A stretch of 64,000 bases of DNA from Marsupella aquatica (GCA_973895155.1 OZ316894.1:22229867-22293866), one strand, 5' to 3'; shown: positions 39,725 to 53,400, numbered from the stretch's first letter. Translations and numbers: made by a program. The notes: generated by a model not told the origin, from the sequence alone.

Positions 39725-42700
39725 CTACTTCTGATATAGGCTCTCCAAGGTAGATAAGGGGATCACATTCCTTGAGATCAAAGAGGTGTGAGACCGTCTT
39801 AAATGACCGACTCCATTCCTTCTCAATGCTTGAGGATCGACCCCGGCTTTGTGAGCTGCCATCACTCCAAGGGCCTCCCAGTAGTTTGCTACTCTCACCT
39901 GTAACATAAAGAATACAGCGCAATCCGCAGATTACTATAGAACTCATCTGTGACATACACATATCGAGTTGGGTGCCGAGGGACTTGACATAAGAGATTT
40001 CCCTTTCTATGGGAAGTCCAAGAATCGCGTCAACTCATCTTAAAATCCGTGTGATTTTCGTTTTATCTCTGTATGTTTTACATATCAGTCGATGAAGTCC
40101 GCTAGACTACATAACGAAACAAAACTAGAATGCGTTTTTGCTGTGTCCAGAATACACTTCACATGACAGGGTTCAAGGCACAGATGAAATACCGCATCTA
40201 ACTGGAGTTTCTCTGGCGTGTCGTCCAGTACCGTCTCATTTTCCTCAACAGCAAGAATCAGTGGCTGAAAGGTATCCAACAAAAGAAACTGTCACTGCAA
40301 ATTTGAACACCGTTGTGATATCCAGAGTATGCCCCGTCAGTTACAGTGAAAGCTATCCGAGTTGGCGAGTTAGAAGAAAATATTAGCTGCCTACCTTTGT
40401 CACATTTTGTAATGACCCGGCTTACCTTTCACCAAAGTAGTAGTGTCCATGCACAGCTTTTCAATTACATGCCTAAATAGAAAGTGTTCGAGGCAACAAT
40501 TCATGGCTTGATAGGGCGATTACAAACCTTACGGCGAGAGTTTTTTGCAAAAGCTACCGTCCCAGCACCCCCACATGCGTTGATGGGGACCACTACACAG
40601 TCCACGTCAGATCCCCACAAGGTACGACCGTTGCCTCCTCCCAGGGACTCCACTTTGCTGATATATTGTGGTGCACGGCTTAGGCCCACCAGTACACATG
40701 GTAAAAAGGTAAACCCAATCTAAGCAAACGACAGAACCTTTCATTATTTGGGCCGATGACAAACAGAAGAACGAACAGCCGATTAACTATGTTTGGAGTG
40801 CAGTTGGAAAAAGCTCTGGACGAAATACCATATCTCAGAATCAACCAAGGCATGTTGTTCGCAAAGAGGGAGGAAGACAATCTCTTCATTTTGAGCATAG
40901 ACAAATGACAGTTGCCACAAGAAGTACCTCCTCAGCCGCAGATCGTGGTGAAATTGATTCATCAAATGGCAGAAGGGCCAAAGCTGGTGCATGTGCGCAT
41001 GGGATTTGGAATTCTTTGACAACCATGTGACTTATGATAGCCTCCACTCCTGCCAACACATCAACTCCCTGTCCCCACATGAGAGACGGGACGAAAATGA
41101 GAGATTACAAGCTACAGTATTACAGATTATGGGCAATGATGCCCAAAGATACTGGTCTTGCTGAAAGAATAGGGTCATAATAGAGTCTTTGCTATGATTG
41201 CTAACATTTTGCTGCTAATTGTCCACAATGGAGCCAGGGTAGCCGAAAGTCCAGAGGTGGGTAGATTAGGAGACTGTTAGCTAGCCACAAACAATCTTGA
41301 GAACATCATATGGATGGTCCAGGGGAGAAGAAAAGAGCAATAGAGATTAGAAAATATTTAATTGGGCTGAAAGATATGAGAAAGGACGTATTTGCAACAA
41401 CGGTCGGTTTGCCAGGGGCATCGACTAATCAAGCCAAAGGAGGCTAAGTCAAAAAGGAAGGTAGACTGGGCTTAAAATGCAGCAACGATTGCGTTACCTT
41501 TCCTTGGCGGTAGTCTACTAAATCGTCACAGCTATCATCTGGAAATCGAGCAACCACTGCCACTGCATCCACTCCACCAATTTCGACCAAGTTACTGACT
41601 GCTCTCATAAGCGAATCCGGTCGACCAAGTCTTCCTGTTGATGCTCCTGACGAGTCAACCCATTTCTCAACCTGTGAGAGTCCACTTACAAAAGAATTAG
41701 ATTTCTGGCAAATCAAAGCTATAAATAACTAGGTCAGAAACCAGCTACTGGAGACAATCAAGGCCCAGGACTTGGAAACCTTTGCTCCAGTAGCTCATCT
41801 TATCAGAAACTCCTCAGTTATAGAGAAAAGCCTCTACCTAACTCCAAGCAGATATTAAGCAGATCGACGTAACCATCCAGAGGCAAGTTTACAATATTCC
41901 ACTTCGAATAAAGATTCCAAACAAATAGACCACTCTGTTTCCAATAGTACCTGAAGGGGCATGTCCGTAACAGTATATTCCAACAGGGGAAGGCCAAGAG
42001 TTGCACATGCCGCATCAGCTACCTGCAAATGGCGTGCCCTCATCTCCTCTTCCATCCCTGCATCTAGTACCAACCCTACCTGCTAGCCCAAAACCATGGG
42101 GTCATCGTTGAGATTTATAGCACAAAGAATTAGCCACAAACAAAGGACCAGAGTATTCAAGCCAGTTGAAGGATCAGGAAAAGAGAATTCAAGTGCAGAG
42201 TAAACACCTTATTTTGATGAACAGGTTGAAGACCCCATAATCCCTCTGCAAACTTATCCAGCGCATAGCCTTCCACATACAATGCATTTGGCATAGGCCA
42301 GTATAGCATAGCACCGTTCAATACCTGTGGACAGGAATGGCAAGGAAATTATGTATAACTTGGTATGAAAGGGCTTCCGATGCCGGGACCATGCCGGGAG
42401 TTTTTCTTAAACACTGAGGAACGTCAGACAAAGACCGGCAACACCAAATTGTAAGGAGATCCGAAAAATTACAAACGGGGAGAAGTCGGGACGACATGCA
42501 AACGACAGAAGGAGGAAAAGCTGTCAACCAAAGAGTTAAGGACTCACATTGGGGTGCGTTATGAGACAATCAGCAACAGAAGACATGGCACGAGCCACCG
42601 GTAAAGAGTCTCCTGCAAAACCACCAATAGACGCCCCAGTACCCGTGGGGACGATCATCACGGCAGTGTATGGCCTCTGTGCAGCAGTTACACTCCCCTG

Positions 42701-43231
42701 TTCCCATTGACAACCATATCCAGAAATGTGGTCAATAGCCTCTTGCAGAATTTTGCAGCACAGAAGCATTAGTGCAAGAAATGACATGCTTCATGGTGGG
42801 ATCTCTATGCTCTGAAATGAGATGTGTAAGTTATCTGTGAGATGTTTCAACGTTATTGCTGGAGAGCATTATGATTACCCGGGAGAGACGAATGTCATAA
42901 GAAGCCGTTGGGAGCCCCAATTGTACACCTTCTGTTCCCCCTGACCACGTTCTGGTTCTCTATACAAGTAAAAACAAAAAAGAAGAGAATGTGAGATATT
43001 GTTTTGAGGTCAGCCTTATCAGATATGCTCATAAACAAGTTTATTTCCCATGAACAAGTGGTAAATTACTCGGAAGAATGTAGAGGATTACAGATTGTAT
43101 GCATTGTGAAAGGCAGTACCTATTTCGAGTCATAAGATTCATCTTACCCGCTGAAAACCAAAGATATTGGTCTGCCGCGCAGCAACAGATCCCGAAACAG
43201 CACCGACAATCGGAGCTGAAACCGCGGCCAT
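39725..43231 (-). CDS. DUF3326 family protein (cyanobacterial-type, probably plastid-targeted), about 10 exons
   Basis: YTAVMIVPTGTGASIGGFAGDSLPVAR...LITHPNVLNGAMLYWP...YVEGYALD; VARFPDD...YRQGKGVDVLAGVEAIISH; APALA...PRSAAEEIGFTFLPCVLVGLSRAP; RVANYWEALG. Ala/Ser/Val-rich N-terminus starting at ATG 43231. Confidence 0.87.
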
Positions 43232-43943
43232 CTCCACTCTCCAATCTCCAACAACAAACAACAATGCGAATCTCTGCTGGGAGCTTCTCAATGCAATTCA
43301 ACAGGTTCCTTCACCAATTGCGGTCGTTCTCTGGCATCCGAACAAGCCCAAAGCCAGCTATAGAGAGCTATCGTCTTCCCCAGAAATAAAAGCGCGGGCC
43401 TTATGTTCGAATTAACAGTCTCCCCGGGGCATTGACGACAGCAGACTTCTAAGACAGGGGCATGGACGACGATACTCAGCGCTCAGGACCAATTTTGATT
43501 GGAGAAACTGTTAAAACTCAGGCTCCTTGATTTGAGACAATGTCGAGCTCAGGGATTACCATCACCGAGCTACAGGGAGCAGACTGCAGCTCAGAGCCGT
43601 GAGTAGCATAGAGAAAGTGCACCATCCCACTCTCCACATTTCTCGAGCTTGTCTAGTGGTCCAAACTTCAAGTAGAGAAATTGAAAACTCTGTCCAAGCT
43701 CTGCAATCAAATATCGTGACCCAGAAAAACAATCGACAGCAATGAGTTAAAATCGCAGTGTTCTTTCAATCCGAGCCTTCACGAACCATCACAAAAGAGG
43801 CAGCTCTGTCTCTCTACTCTCTAGCTATGGCAGGCTTTGTTCACCTTTGACAGAATTTGTTGGCCTTCTTTCCATCAATCGAACTCCATCACAACGTTTG
43901 TGGTTTATGGGGTTTTATGGGTTTTGCCTATATGATATGTTAA

Positions 43944-44580
43944 GCCCGGATGGACTGAGGGTTTGCTCTCAAGCCCCCATGGATCCCCATGGATCCCCAT
44001 GGATTTCCAAAGCTGGGATGGACTCACTCAAAACATCAAAAAGGCTTGGATAAGGCTCTATACAGTTTTGACCAAAATGTGACATGTAATTGGACTATTG
44101 ACCATTTGCAGCTGTTTTCCAGTAGTTTACCTGGTGTACTTCACAAAAGTGAAGTGTCATAAGTCGACTTGCGGCTTGTGCCCAACCTACTCAGGGCGTC
44201 CTTCACAAAAGTGATGTCCATTGACATTTAGTTTAATAATAATATTTGACCAATTTAGCACTCATCCGCAATGGAGCACATGATCTCAGAGAAATATGAA
44301 ACTTTGTGAGGGAATAAATTAGACATCAAAGAACATGCTGGGAAAATTTGAACTGAAACAGAGACTCTAAAGCTGTCCAAATAAATGCACAAGTTTGCTA
44401 GAAACTAGCATATTACATTTCGTTGCGGCACCTGGAAAACTTACTTGAGATGTCCTTCTCGAAAAGGAAGCATTCTTTCAAAGATAGCAGACAGTCAATG
44501 TGAGTTTTAGGTGTAAAGTAAAACAATCTGTGTCAAAGTCCATGGGGATGGACAAAACAAACCCCTCAGTCCATCCGAAC
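43944..44580. mobile_element. Non-autonomous TIR element (MITE) flanked by TTAA
   Basis: Left end TTAA|GCCCGGATGGACTGAGGGTTTG; right end CAAACCCCTCAGTCCATCCGAAC|TTAA; no ORF inside. Confidence 0.7.
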
Positions 44581-45099
44581 TTAACTTTGTGCTTATATGT
44601 AAAAACTATTGCTAACAAAGTAAAATAGGTAAGTTCCCAAATTGCCTTCACAGTCCACCGCCTATAAGTGCACCATGTGTAACTGCATTTGGTGGTTAAG
44701 TGCAGGTGACCATGTAGGCCCTTACCCTAATTTCATTGTTTTGCAAATGCACAAAAAATACATATTGGATAAGTGCACGTTGACCCTAACTAAGCGACAA
44801 ATTCAGTAACTATACAGCAAAAACATAAGAGCATTTGTGTCTGCATTTCTGTCGATAAGTGTACACATGCATTTATCAATTACTGTAATGCATACCGAAG
44901 AAACATCCATTGATAAGTTAGTAGACAATTACATAATACAGTTTCATGCACTTATCATGAATCATTCACTATGAGGGCTCGGGGCCAGGTATGAGGAGTC
45001 TCATGTCTACGACCTGACAACACATATGAGGAAGTGCATAAGCGATTTTCCATTCTCTTATTGGTAGTGCACCCATGTACATATGGAGAAGTGTATAAA

Positions 45100-46850
45100 T
45101 GTCTGATAGGAAGTGTCTAATCGATTGGAAGCTAGGCTGGTCCGCATACGGAAGAGGTCTGAGTGGGTCTCTCATTGCTAGAGTCACGGTGGCCAACCAT
45201 CTCATCTTGAGCACCATCTGGTATTTTCTCACTGTGTGGGCCCGCCACCAAAAGACATTGGATGAATTGCAGAAGAAAATCACTACCTTTGTCTGGGCAG
45301 GTCACAATAAGAAGGCTCGGTCTTGGGTTGACTTAGCCACAATTACCGGATCTAGGTGCCATGGAGGGCTCAACCTGATCTCTAACTTAGCACAATTCAG
45401 GACGTTGGTAGGAAGTTTCATTGTTTGAATGGACCTTGGTAAAGGCTTATCATCCACCTCGTCATCCACTGACTCAAAGGATCCTATAGTTGTACCTATA
45501 GCAACTCTCTGTGAAGAAACTATGGGGGGTGGCTGACTTCACATGGGTGTTTACACCATGCTTCACTTTATTGTCTGGTGGCTCTTAGGTATAGACCAAC
45601 ATCTCCATTGGGTGGAATGTCATCAAGAAACAAATTCTATGCCTCGCTGGAGGCCACACCTCAACCACTTACGTAGCAACCAAGCCAAGTGCTTTTCTAA
45701 TCCACAATGCAGAATCTAATGTGCTGGTTTTGTGACTATGGAGGATGTTCTTTCATTGGATGGGCAGTTCTTGGTTTGGGAGGATGGCCCTGATCTTCTT
45801 TTGCTTAGAAAATTGTGCAATTACCTACTGCAATTTGTCGGCCAATCTTAGGATTGTACTGGAGCTAGACTCAGATAGAGAGTTGGAGGAGCCATTGTTT
45901 ATGGAAGCTATCTTCCTCAATCAATCTCACATGATTTGGGATTTCAAGGCACGATTTCATGGCCACTTGAAGCCGGTTAATTAATTTGTTCATTGTGACC
46001 AATGGTTTTATGTACCCCACTGCTGTCCATGTCCTCCGGTAAATTCTTTGCTCAACCATGTGCTAATCAGAAAGTCCACATCCACATCTATGATGATTCA
46101 ATGCATTCAATTTGGTAATCCTACTGGGGACCTGGCCATTGTGACTCAGTATAATTGGAGCGATGGAAGATCTTTCCTTGACACTACACTGCACATCTGT
46201 GTCAACTTCAAGGGCAAGCCATGACTGCAACTCACAAAGTCGTATCCAAATGGGCCAAAATACTTAATTGGTGCCCTAATTTTCAGGTACTATGGAGCAG
46301 TACTTGACTTCCGTTCAGGGCAACAGTTGAAAATTGCTACCTTTGGCAACTTATCTATAGAATCCTTACTACACAACATTGGAGAAACCCCCAACTATCT
46401 ATGTACAACGAATTATTCATCTTGGTGTACGTACTCATTGCAATCTGCAACATCAGGATGACATTTTACATTGCATTTGGAGTTTCCCGTCCTCTCAACG
46501 AGTTTGGATTTGGGTCCAATACACCACCTGTCTAGTGTCACCAACTTGTCTTGCTACTTTGCGTCTTCAACCAACTCAGATTTTTGCTGTTGAACCCCTA
46601 CCTAAGGAGTGGGATGTCCCTGAGAAACTGTGGCATACTCTACGGGCTCACCTCATTGCGCACACTAGGTCCAATCCTCATACCGTCATTTAGAAATCTT
46701 TAGAAAGGATTGGGCCAAACCAATGCTACAATCCAGGTTGGGAAATCAACAATAGCAAAACTAGGCCTATCTTAATATGTGTTTTGATTAAGGTGCTTAA
46801 TTACCCAGATTGGTTTTTAAGCAGTTCATGTGGACAAATTGCATGTGCCA
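45100..46850 (+). mobile_element. Decayed L1/Tx1-like LINE ORF2 3' fragment
   Basis: LSGSLIARVTVANHLILSTIWY...ITTFVWAG...GGLNL (post-RT region) and C..C...DDILHCIWS....RVW (zf-RVT-like); many stops and frameshifts. Confidence 0.75.
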
Positions 46851-47024
46851 CTGGTCCCACCCTGCGCTCCATGAACTCAAGTTGTCTCACAAGATTAGAT
46901 GCCTCACAGGATTAGGTTGTCTCACAGGATTAGATGTTGTTAGGTGTCTGCAAGGTCTAAACAAATTCCAAGCTTCAATCTGCCTCATTTTGTAAATGGA
47001 GTGGGGGTTTACTTCTCAAATCTT

Positions 47025-47240
47025 GAGGTTGTTGAACAATATTAAGATCAGCTCCAAAATCCCATGTCCCTCCGGAAGGGAAGGGGCTTTAGTGATAGAT
47101 GTATCCATTGATAATTCTCCTCCTTCTCCACGAATGTTCAAAGCATGTAGACACTAGAGTAGCTCTCAATGAATGAAATTGGCTTTAACATTGGACCCTA
47201 AATTCATGACATGCTCACTCTTTTTGAGTACTCCTTTGAA
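47025..47240 (+). repeat. Dispersed repeat related to 61295-61590
   Basis: Shared ATATTAAGAT(C)AGCTCCAAAATCC, AGTGATAGATGTATCCAT and ACACTAGAGTAGCTCTCAATGAA. Confidence 0.75.
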
Positions 47241-47495
47241 TTGTATTTCTCAAGGAAAACCTTACTGTGAGGCATATTTTCTTTTGTATAGGGTGTCTCA
47301 GACCTTCAGGTCCGCAAAAAGAAAAGAGCCTGTCCTGAAAGTAGCAGTTAATTTGTTTTAGACTGCTGTCAAGCGTGTGCAGACAAACATTTACTTGTCC
47401 ATAATTTTTTTCCAGGAAAACACCCTATGTCAGAGGCAAACTGAAGAGGATTGAGATGCCCTATTGAACTTTCTGCCTCAAAGTTAACCTTCTTC

Positions 47496-49209
47496 CTGCC
47501 GACGGTCTTCGGGTCCTTGGCTCCCCAGTCGGTACCGCCTCCTTTTGCTCATCTTTCATTGCTGACGCTCTCCAGGCTGCCTTAGCCCCTACTCCTATGC
47601 TCCCTAAGTTAGCAGACTCTCAGGCAACATTTGGGTTGTTGTTGAGATGCATCCACCCTCGTGCGTCCTATTTGGCTCGAACACATCCCCCTACCGAGGA
47701 TCTTTATCTACACCTCCGAGCGTTTGGTGTCTCCATTCGTGAGACTTTGGCCTCTCTTTTAGGGCCAGGTACTTTACTCTCATCTCCGTGGCTTCATCGA
47801 CAGCTCAGTCTTTCTATTTCTCATGGTGGTTTTGGGCTTACTTCCACTGAGCGCCTTGCACCTTTGGCCTTCTTGGGCGCGTGGGCGGCCGCCTTCTCAT
47901 TGTTGGCAGATCGTTTCCTTACTGAGGATCGACCTTTTTTACTTTCATCTCTCATGGAGGTCGAGGAGGGTTCCCTCCCATTTCAGGTTCATTTGCGCAT
48001 GGCGCGGTCATCAATACCCGATCCTGTTCGAGCTGCGTTACCTTCATTCCAGGAGTTTTTATCCTTGGACCCCGTCCGTCTTCAGGCAGACCTTGCTAGG
48101 CGTATGCACGCTTTCACCCTTTCCAGCATCCTCACCGAGGCACCTGACACGGACCGAGCTCAGATTCTTTCTTCCGGAGGGAAGGGCGCAGGAGGCTGGC
48201 TTCAGGCCAATCCAGTCATTCCTCACCTGCGGATGTCTTCAGCGGAGTTTGCGACAGCCATGCGTCTTCGTATGGGCTTGCCCCACCCACTTCTTGCTGG
48301 TTTACCTCCTACTTGCACTTGTGGGAAGCCTTGTGATGCCACAGGTGTCCATCTTCTTCGATGCAGTTTGGGCGGCGAAACCATTTTTGTTCACGACGCT
48401 GTGAGAGATGCGACTGCTCAGGTTCTCTCTGGCTCTTTGGTCTGCACGCGGCGGGAGGTGGTGCTCGAGTTACCTGGTCCTCCATCACAGCGGTTACGGG
48501 TGGATCTTACCATGGTCCGTGACGGTCACCGTACTTTGGCAGATGTAGTGGTGGCAAACCCATTGCGCCAAGACATCATTGGGACAGTGGCAACAACAGC
48601 AGGGGCAGCAGCATCACGAGCAGCAACAACGAAGGAGGCTAAATATGCTGCACGAGCTTCATCTGATAGCTTCCTGCCCCTTGCTCTTGAGATATTTGGG
48701 CGTCTCCATCATCAGTTCGACGGGCTTCTTCGCCAAGCTGCTCGGGATGTTCACGGCCGGATGGGTCCCACCGGGCCCCCGCTATTTGTTTTGACCACGC
48801 ACTTTCGCCAACGCATTTCAGTCACCTTACAGCGTGCTCAAGCTCGGGCCATCTATCGTCGATCTCTGACAGTGGGTGCTAGTGTGACTCCGCAGCGGCT
48901 AGCCCCCCTAGAGGACATTCCTGTCCCACTTGCCGATCTAGTTTCGACACTTGATGTAGACCACTAGCTTGTTGCCACATTTGCTAGGTATGATGAGGAC
49001 CTCGGTCCATTTGCGGTAGTTTTAGTTCCTCTTTCTTGGTTTTTAGGGGTTTCCTTTTGCTCACTTCTTTTAGTTCCTCTTTCTTGGTTTTTAGGGTTTC
49101 CTTTTGCTCACTTCTTTTGCGTTTGGTTTTGTCCACTTGGGACCTCTCTTGTTTATTCTTTTGTACTCTATTTGGCCTTTTTCTGTATAAAGTATGTGTA
49201 TATCCCATC
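47496..49209 (+). mobile_element. 5'-truncated RLE-type (CRE-like) non-LTR retrotransposon
   Basis: The reading frame opens abruptly at the end of the RT (ADGLRVLGSPVG) and is followed by a T-rich 3' UTR. Candidate TSD CCTTCTTC at 47488-47495 and 49210-49217 is tentative. Confidence 0.8.
47597..48967 (+). CDS. C-terminal part of CRE-like ORF (thumb, Cys/His knuckle, restriction-like endonuclease)
   Basis: LSISHGGFGL; GAGGWLQANP; CTCG...HLLRC...HDAVRD; RVDL...LADVVV...KEAKY...FLPLALEIFG (PD-(D/E)xK-like, K.KY); RISVTLQRAQA. Confidence 0.85.
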   Translation: MLPKLADSQATFGLLLRCIHPRASYLARTHPPTEDLYLHLRAFGVSIRETLASLLGPGTLLSSPWLHRQLSLSISHGGFGLTSTERLAPLAFLGAWAAAFSLLADRFLTEDRPFLLSSLMEVEEGSLPFQVHLRMARSSIPDPVRAALPSFQEFLSLDPVRLQADLARRMHAFTLSSILTEAPDTDRAQILSSGGKGAGGWLQANPVIPHLRMSSAEFATAMRLRMGLPHPLLAGLPPTCTCGKPCDATGVHLLRCSLGGETIFVHDAVRDATAQVLSGSLVCTRREVVLELPGPPSQRLRVDLTMVRDGHRTLADVVVANPLRQDIIGTVATTAGAAASRAATTKEAKYAARASSDSFLPLALEIFGRLHHQFDGLLRQAARDVHGRMGPTGPPLFVLTTHFRQRISVTLQRAQARAIYRRSLTVGASVTPQRLAPLEDIPVPLADLVSTLDVDH

Positions 49210-49959
49210 CCTTCTTCTTGTGTACAGGCTTGTACTACAGAGGCCTGAGGTCACTCGGTTAGCTTTATGAGATATAGGGTGATTGTTGTCAATCTGCAAG
49301 AGTAGGGAGACATGTGGGAAACTGTATATCTTACTATCTTATTATTATAATACCCTATCCCACCAAAAGTGGTGGATCATTCAATTACAAAATCACTTTC
49401 AGAGGGAAGATTCCATAGCCATTGGATTTATAAGCTCTTTTATCCTAGCCTTTCATTTGTCAAAAAATAATCTCCCTAACCCAAAGCAAAGAAAAGTATT
49501 TTGGTATGCACAAAGATTCCCAAGAAGGGCATGAATGCCATGTGTTGCCATTGGAATGGGGACACTTGGGACACCATTATGAGGAGATAGGCACTAAGAG
49601 ACATAAAGGTCAAAACAAGGAGGGAAATTAATGGTACACCCATGGGTGAAGGGATGAATACTATCATACCCTCCCATAAGTACAAGATAGGGGATGAGAC
49701 AAAATAAGTGGAGCAAAGGAAGCTGAAAATAAACACAATAATAATAAGGCAATAAGAGGGAAAAAGGAGGAGAAAAGGGACACCCTTGCCTTTCATTGAG
49801 GTTTTTTTTGTTTGGGGGGGGGGGGGGGGGCGGCGGGGCGAAGGGAGAGGCAGCCCAAGAGAAAGGGCGGGGAGGAGGCAATAAGGAGAGGGGATGTCAC
49901 CCTCCACCTAGGGTTGTGTAAGTGTGTCTCTGTTGTCATCATCTATCTCCCTTATCACT

Positions 49960-50485
49960 TTTGTAACAATATCCTTTTGACATCTTTTCTCCTCTGTCGA
50001 CATCTTTTCCTAACCTCAACATTGTTTGCTTGCATTGACATCTTTTAATCAGTCAATATCAGGCTTTTCTCCCCTCCATATATATATATATATATTTTCC
50101 CTCAATTTTCTTCTTTTGCACTGTCTCCTCAACATCATTTTGTCTCCTTGACGTTTTTTCTCACCTCAACATTTTATTTTTTCTCATCTCGCCATCTTTT
50201 TCTCACCTTGACATCTTTTATCTCATCTCACCATCATTTTATCACCTTGACATCTTCATCTCATCACAATATCTTTTTCTCACCTCGACATCTTTTCTCA
50301 CCTCAACTTCTTTTATCTCATCTTGCCATCTTTTTCTCACTTTGACATCTTTATCTCATCACAACATCTTTTGTCTCTCCTCGACATCTTTTCCTTGCCT
50401 TAACATCTTTATTCACCTCGACTTCTTTTCCTCAATTTGACATCTTTTTTACCATCAAGATCATTTCTTCACCTTGACATCTTTA
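49960..50485. repeat. Pyrimidine-rich ~20-23 bp minisatellite
   Basis: Many copies of TCTCACCT(T/C)(G/A)ACATCTTTT. Confidence 0.8.
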
Positions 50486-53400
50486 GTGCAACGCACAGGC
50501 ACGGGGCTCGTATATCTCAATAAACCATGTGGGTGACTTTTTTGCATACTTTGAGATATGTGGTGATTGTTTGTCTATCTGCATGTGCAAGGAGACATGT
50601 GGGAAATTATTTATATATATTTACAATTATAATAAGGGATCCCATCTTTTTTTTGTTCTTCGTCTCAATACAAATAAGTTCTTGGGTGGGAACCATACAA
50701 AGATCTTGGGTTAAATTTGATTAGTTGTTTCCCCGACTATTGATGAAGAAAATGTGCACCTAGCATATAAATACTCCTGCCCAACTCCCTATGGGTCTGC
50801 CCTCCTTGCATCGTGCAAGGCATAGTGCATATTAATGGCTCGTATATATATAGGGGATTATTTGTTTCATACTTTTAGGGCGGGAAAATGTTTATTAGGG
50901 ATACAATTTGTACCTCATTAGTCATGGAGAGTGTACATCTTAATGACACATTTGACACACATTAGACATGACTAGCCCCGACTACCCGTTCTTTGAACGT
51001 GAATAGCCGGGAGGACAATAAAAATGTTACCAAAATATATTCCTTATTCACATATTTTGAAAGTTAATGAAATGATTAAAAAATTATCATGCATATCATC
51101 ATTTCAATAATCATACATAACATACCATAGTACTCTTTTCTATGCATATCCCTAGTTTTTCTATCCTACATCTCACTTATGCACATATTTATGGTGGGCC
51201 ATAGAGATCAGTTTTTAATATAAATAAAAATCATAACAAAAAGCAGTCATGATTATCATTTGACATGACATACATCATAGACATCAGTTTTTTCATCATT
51301 CCACATGATGAACCATGAAATTACTGTCTAGAGACTTCACTCTAGAAGCCTAGGCCCCAACTCTAGCTTGTAGTTACAGATTTATAAGTAAGATTCACAC
51401 TTTCGAGATGAGTGAAAGGACTAGGAACGTAATAGATCAAAACATAACGTCTCTTATTAAACCCTCGTTGTGAGTCTTGAGTGGTATAGTACTATCTGTT
51501 ATTGTATGTTATAGTATTGCATTGTGCTGTACTTTATAGCTTAAAACTTCCTTGTGAGTCTTCTTTTGTACTGTGATGTAATGAGATAATTCTCTTTCTT
51601 TGTATTGTACTGTATTGCTGTTACTGGCACAATTATTCAAAAGCAAATCTTTCTTATATATTCCCCCCACATTCTCTAGTGAGCCAAAGAGGGAATAAAT
51701 TCACTGGGCTTGGAGTGAAAGCATGAAAAACTAATTTATTACTTAGTTGAAACGAAGGAGAAAACGATTCCAAATTAACAAATGAAAGGGCAATGAGTGG
51801 AACCCTCGCTAAATGACCTTTTCAGTTGAAAAAGAGGATTTATATTAAAAAATGTTATTTCTCTTGCATTGATCAAACCACTTTAGCCTGATACAACTTA
51901 GACTAAAAAATGTTATCTTGCATTAAATCTAGGGAGTAAATCTCCTCAACCTGACAAATCATACTTCATTTGGAAAACAAGACATTCCAAAGGACTCATC
52001 AAATAAACCATACTATATTAATAGTCTGTTGATAACCCAACTTTCCATGACATATCTTTTTATTAATTTTATTATTAAATTGTAAGGAGAAAAGTGTGAA
52101 ACCCCACCGAAGGAGAATAGGTTGGTTATAACATTTGAACCCAAGACCTATCAATCTCCACTCAAGTGAGCTATCACTTAGCCATGATGCCTCTCTGGGC
52201 TTCCATGGCATATCTTGGGCCAGGCACCTCCACAAAATATGCAATTAGTGATCATTGTCACATTTTGCTCTACCTACGACATCCCTGACGGACATTGTGC
52301 ATGAATTGTTGGAGTGAGTTTTATTTTGATGTTTTAAAAATTGCGCACAAAGGCCCAAAAATAAATTTATTATGAGTGAAGATTGGGAATAAACACTATG
52401 CAAATGTGCTTTAATTGAGTCAACACACAATTTTTTTTAATCTTTAATTTGCTCATTTCCCCGCCCACTTCAATCAAGTGCATGAATTCAAATGGCAAGT
52501 TTATATTTTTGTTGAAGGCTATGGGCAATAAGTGCTCACCAGCGTGATCCTAAGATTCTTTGATTAAACTGTCTTAGTTTGTTACTTGGATAGATCAAGA
52601 TAGCAACTCCTCCTATGCATAAGTTTTCAAAGTCTCACAAGCTAGGATAGACAGTTCTTGAACCAACTCGCTCAGGGTGTTGGTTCTTTGTGTACCTTCT
52701 ACCTCATGGGGTGTTTTGGAGGTTATTGGCTGTACCCCCTGGGGCTCACCTTGACCCTCTCACCCAAAGGGTAGTACACAGAGACCCTAAAACCCTGAGT
52801 GAGTTGCTACAAAGAAAATCCACCTCCCGTTAATGATGTTTTCCATGATTACAGATTTTGTCCGTTTACACAGTGACCCATCCAACCAAAACTTTGTAAT
52901 ACTTTTACACAGTTCCAAACGGAAGTATTGAACTAACATCTGACTATGTGCACTTGAAATGAGCAAAGTAAAATTTGTTTTTGTGTTGGCTCAAAGCACA
53001 TTTGCCTTTTTTTTTCTCCCACTATTCACGCAAATTGTTAGCATTCATATATGCAGTACGTGGCTGTTTTAGAGCAAATGTGACAAGGACAATTAAATTT
53101 CAAATTTTGAGGAGGGGTCCTAGTCCAGGATATTCCATGAAAAGTTATATTATCAATATCCTACACTCAAGCTTGATTTGATGAGTCCTTTTGGATGTAT
53201 GTTTTTCCAAAGCAAGCATGACTTGTCAAGGGTTAAGGAGGTTTCTTACAGGTTTAACACAAGAAAATATTGTTTGTATCATTTGTCATACTCATTTCTT
53301 AAAGTTCATAGTCAAACTACAGTTCTTTAGTTGTCATTGTATATATCACTTGACACACTCACTTTTTAAAATTGAAAGTCAAACTAAAGTTCTTTAGTAG

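Noticed and set aside
49960-50485. CRISPR-like short repeats
   Set aside because: Degenerate head-to-tail minisatellite without unique spacers, in a eukaryotic context with no cas genes.
52120-52190. tRNA/SINE-like fragment (TTTGAACCCAAGACCT)
   Set aside because: Only a weak B-box-like match, with no clear A box, tail or TSD.
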